This document shows positions 60,664-62,000 of a DNA stretch of 62,000 nt, piece by piece. The stretch is from Wallemia ichthyophaga EXF-994 (taxonomy: Eukaryota; Fungi; Basidiomycota). The stretch lies in contig NW_008806275.1 in NCBI RefSeq assembly GCF_000400465.1, positions 249,656 to 311,655 on the forward strand. Direction: 5' to 3'. The translations under genes and the position numbers were made by a program. A model generated the notes under the pieces. It was not told the DNA's origin and searched no databases. It saw nothing but the letters and a program-made list of their open reading frames with translations. Position 1 is the first letter of the stretch, and every line of letters begins with the position of its first letter.

Positions 60664-61527
60664 TCAAGCATCCTTTGTGCTGTATTTGAGGAATTGTGGC
60701 CTTTTGAGGGAGTTTAAAATGGAAATGGCGTTACAGAGGATGATTTTGTCTAGGTTCATGATGCGGTATGGGTGCTCGTCGGGTATCGCTTGTCTGCATT
60801 CGGGACTGTCGCACAACCTGAGCCCGTCAATTATTCCATACGCATCAGGGTCATTGCAGTCAACCTTAAAAGTGCTTCGGTCTTGTCGTGTTGCCCAGCA
60901 AGTTTTAAAAACGCTATGGCAGATGTTGCACCTCGTCGCGGTCTTGTAGCCGTTTATTTCGACGAGTTCGTAGCCAATTTTGCTAATTGCGCGCGGTACG
61001 TTTACGTCCTGAGTAGCGTGATTAATTTGGTTTTGATGTGACGATAAAAGAAAAACACCCACCTTGGCCCACGGAGGTTTGGTCTGGGGGGCAGAAGCGC
61101 TGTCATCATCCCCCACCCAAGCGAACACGAGTCGCTTGCCCTGCATCTTTGCCCTAGGGAGGTACTTGTTATAGCAGAGCCTGAGGGCATCAGCGAGCGC
61201 TTGGCGGGATATGTAGAGATACTTTTTGTCCATCCTTTTACAATCCCTGTTGTAGGCTTGTAGCGTGTAGTCACTGTCGTACGGACGTTTGGACAGGGCA
61301 TAGCTGACGTCCTCGCGCAACTGCTGCTGCTCATCTGCATACCTCTTATCGCCCGACCTGTGGGCATACTCTTTGTAAGTGTAGTGGAAGTAGTCGTAGC
61401 TTGCACGTGGATCGCCGTCTTGAGGGAGCGCATAAAGCAGATCGGCAATACCGCTTTTGAGGGCCACGAAATACCTTTTGCTGCGTTGGTATGGAGTGAG
61501 ATCGTAGAATTGGGTGATAGGGGTCAT
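60664..61527 (-). CDS. Fanzor/TnpB-derived RuvC + zinc-finger protein with substituted catalytic residues (5' end may extend upstream)
   Basis: Ordered motifs FVALKSGIADLLY / FHYT..E / YISRQ / VFAWVGD / KIGYELVEINGYKTATRCNIC / GLRLCDSPEC / MNLDKIILCN / RPQFL parallel Fanzor1 IVGIDPG..DL / FRYT / YI.RQ / V..GD / GY...IDE..TS..C..C / GLL.C....C / WNRD.N / RP..L. Confidence 0.7.
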   Translation of the reverse strand: MTPITQFYDLTPYQRSKRYFVALKSGIADLLYALPQDGDPRASYDYFHYTYKEYAHRSGDKRYADEQQQLREDVSYALSKRPYDSDYTLQAYNRDCKRMDKKYLYISRQALADALRLCYNKYLPRAKMQGKRLVFAWVGDDDSASAPQTKPPWAKVGVFLLSSHQNQINHATQDVNVPRAISKIGYELVEINGYKTATRCNICHSVFKTCWATRQDRSTFKVDCNDPDAYGIIDGLRLCDSPECRQAIPDEHPYRIMNLDKIILCNAISILNSLKRPQFLKYSTKDA

Positions 61528-62000
61528 AAGAGTGCATTTCTAACGATATTAGGCCTTTTTATGCTATTTTCATTACAATGCACCCGGGCAAGCATTGAGC
61601 GTTCGCCGACCGACCAATGAGATTCGAGGAGGGGCTGGATAGGGGCGGTTGGAGTGGGGCAGGTGTGATAGTTGTGCAGTGTGTTGCGCTGATGCTAAGT
61701 TTATTTCCCGCTGTGTTTGCTTCAAACTGCTTTTCTTCGGCGCCCCGAGTGATTCACCCATCGGATACGATAGCGCATCGCACAAAGACAAACAAGGTCA
61801 CACAAAATGACAAGCATTGTGGAATTGTATAACCGCACAATAAGAAATATCGTATCGATTACGTACAGCGCTTACGAAGTTTAGATTCCGCAAACGATCT
61901 TGGCCTTTTTCGGACGAGACGCAGCAGCGAGCCAAGTAGCCAGGGGAGCAAGCCAGCAATGGTCAGCTCAGCAGCAGCATCTCAGCGCTGCGTGCCAAAT

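Overview
Eukaryotic DNA from a very compact, intron-rich fungal genome (GT-AG introns mostly 37-55 nt). Gene content looks basidiomycete; a Wallemia-like lineage is an unverified inference. Most of 5.7-39.4 kb and 43.7-56.3 kb is housekeeping (MET1, PIL1-domain, NOP2, SDH1, FOX2-like, CBP3, YAR1, CIA30, DBP9, CDC50, PEX10, GLN1, KRE6, PPT2, several transcription factors, tRNA-Gly). Three regions stand out. (1) 0.4-5.25 kb: three adjacent, co-oriented genes for secreted KR-cleavable (Kex2-type) precursors that share a ~22-aa motif I do not recognise; two are His-rich tandem-repeat proteins, one with a spliceosomal intron in every 263-bp repeat unit. (2) Two near-identical 1,891-bp inverted repeats (41661-43551 / 57771-59661), each carrying an RlpA/expansin-like gene, flank a 14.2-kb gene block and sit inside older diverged copies of a four-copy degenerate repeat family. 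(3) 60664-61527: an intact, probably intron-containing gene with Fanzor/TnpB RuvC-zinc-finger architecture in which two of three catalytic residues are replaced, a candidate domesticated nuclease-dead Fanzor derivative. Also notable: a FOX2-like gene that lacks the hydratase domain but ends in a PTS1, and six divergent gene pairs with start codons only 34-58 nt apart. All assignments come from motif recognition by eye; no database searches were run.
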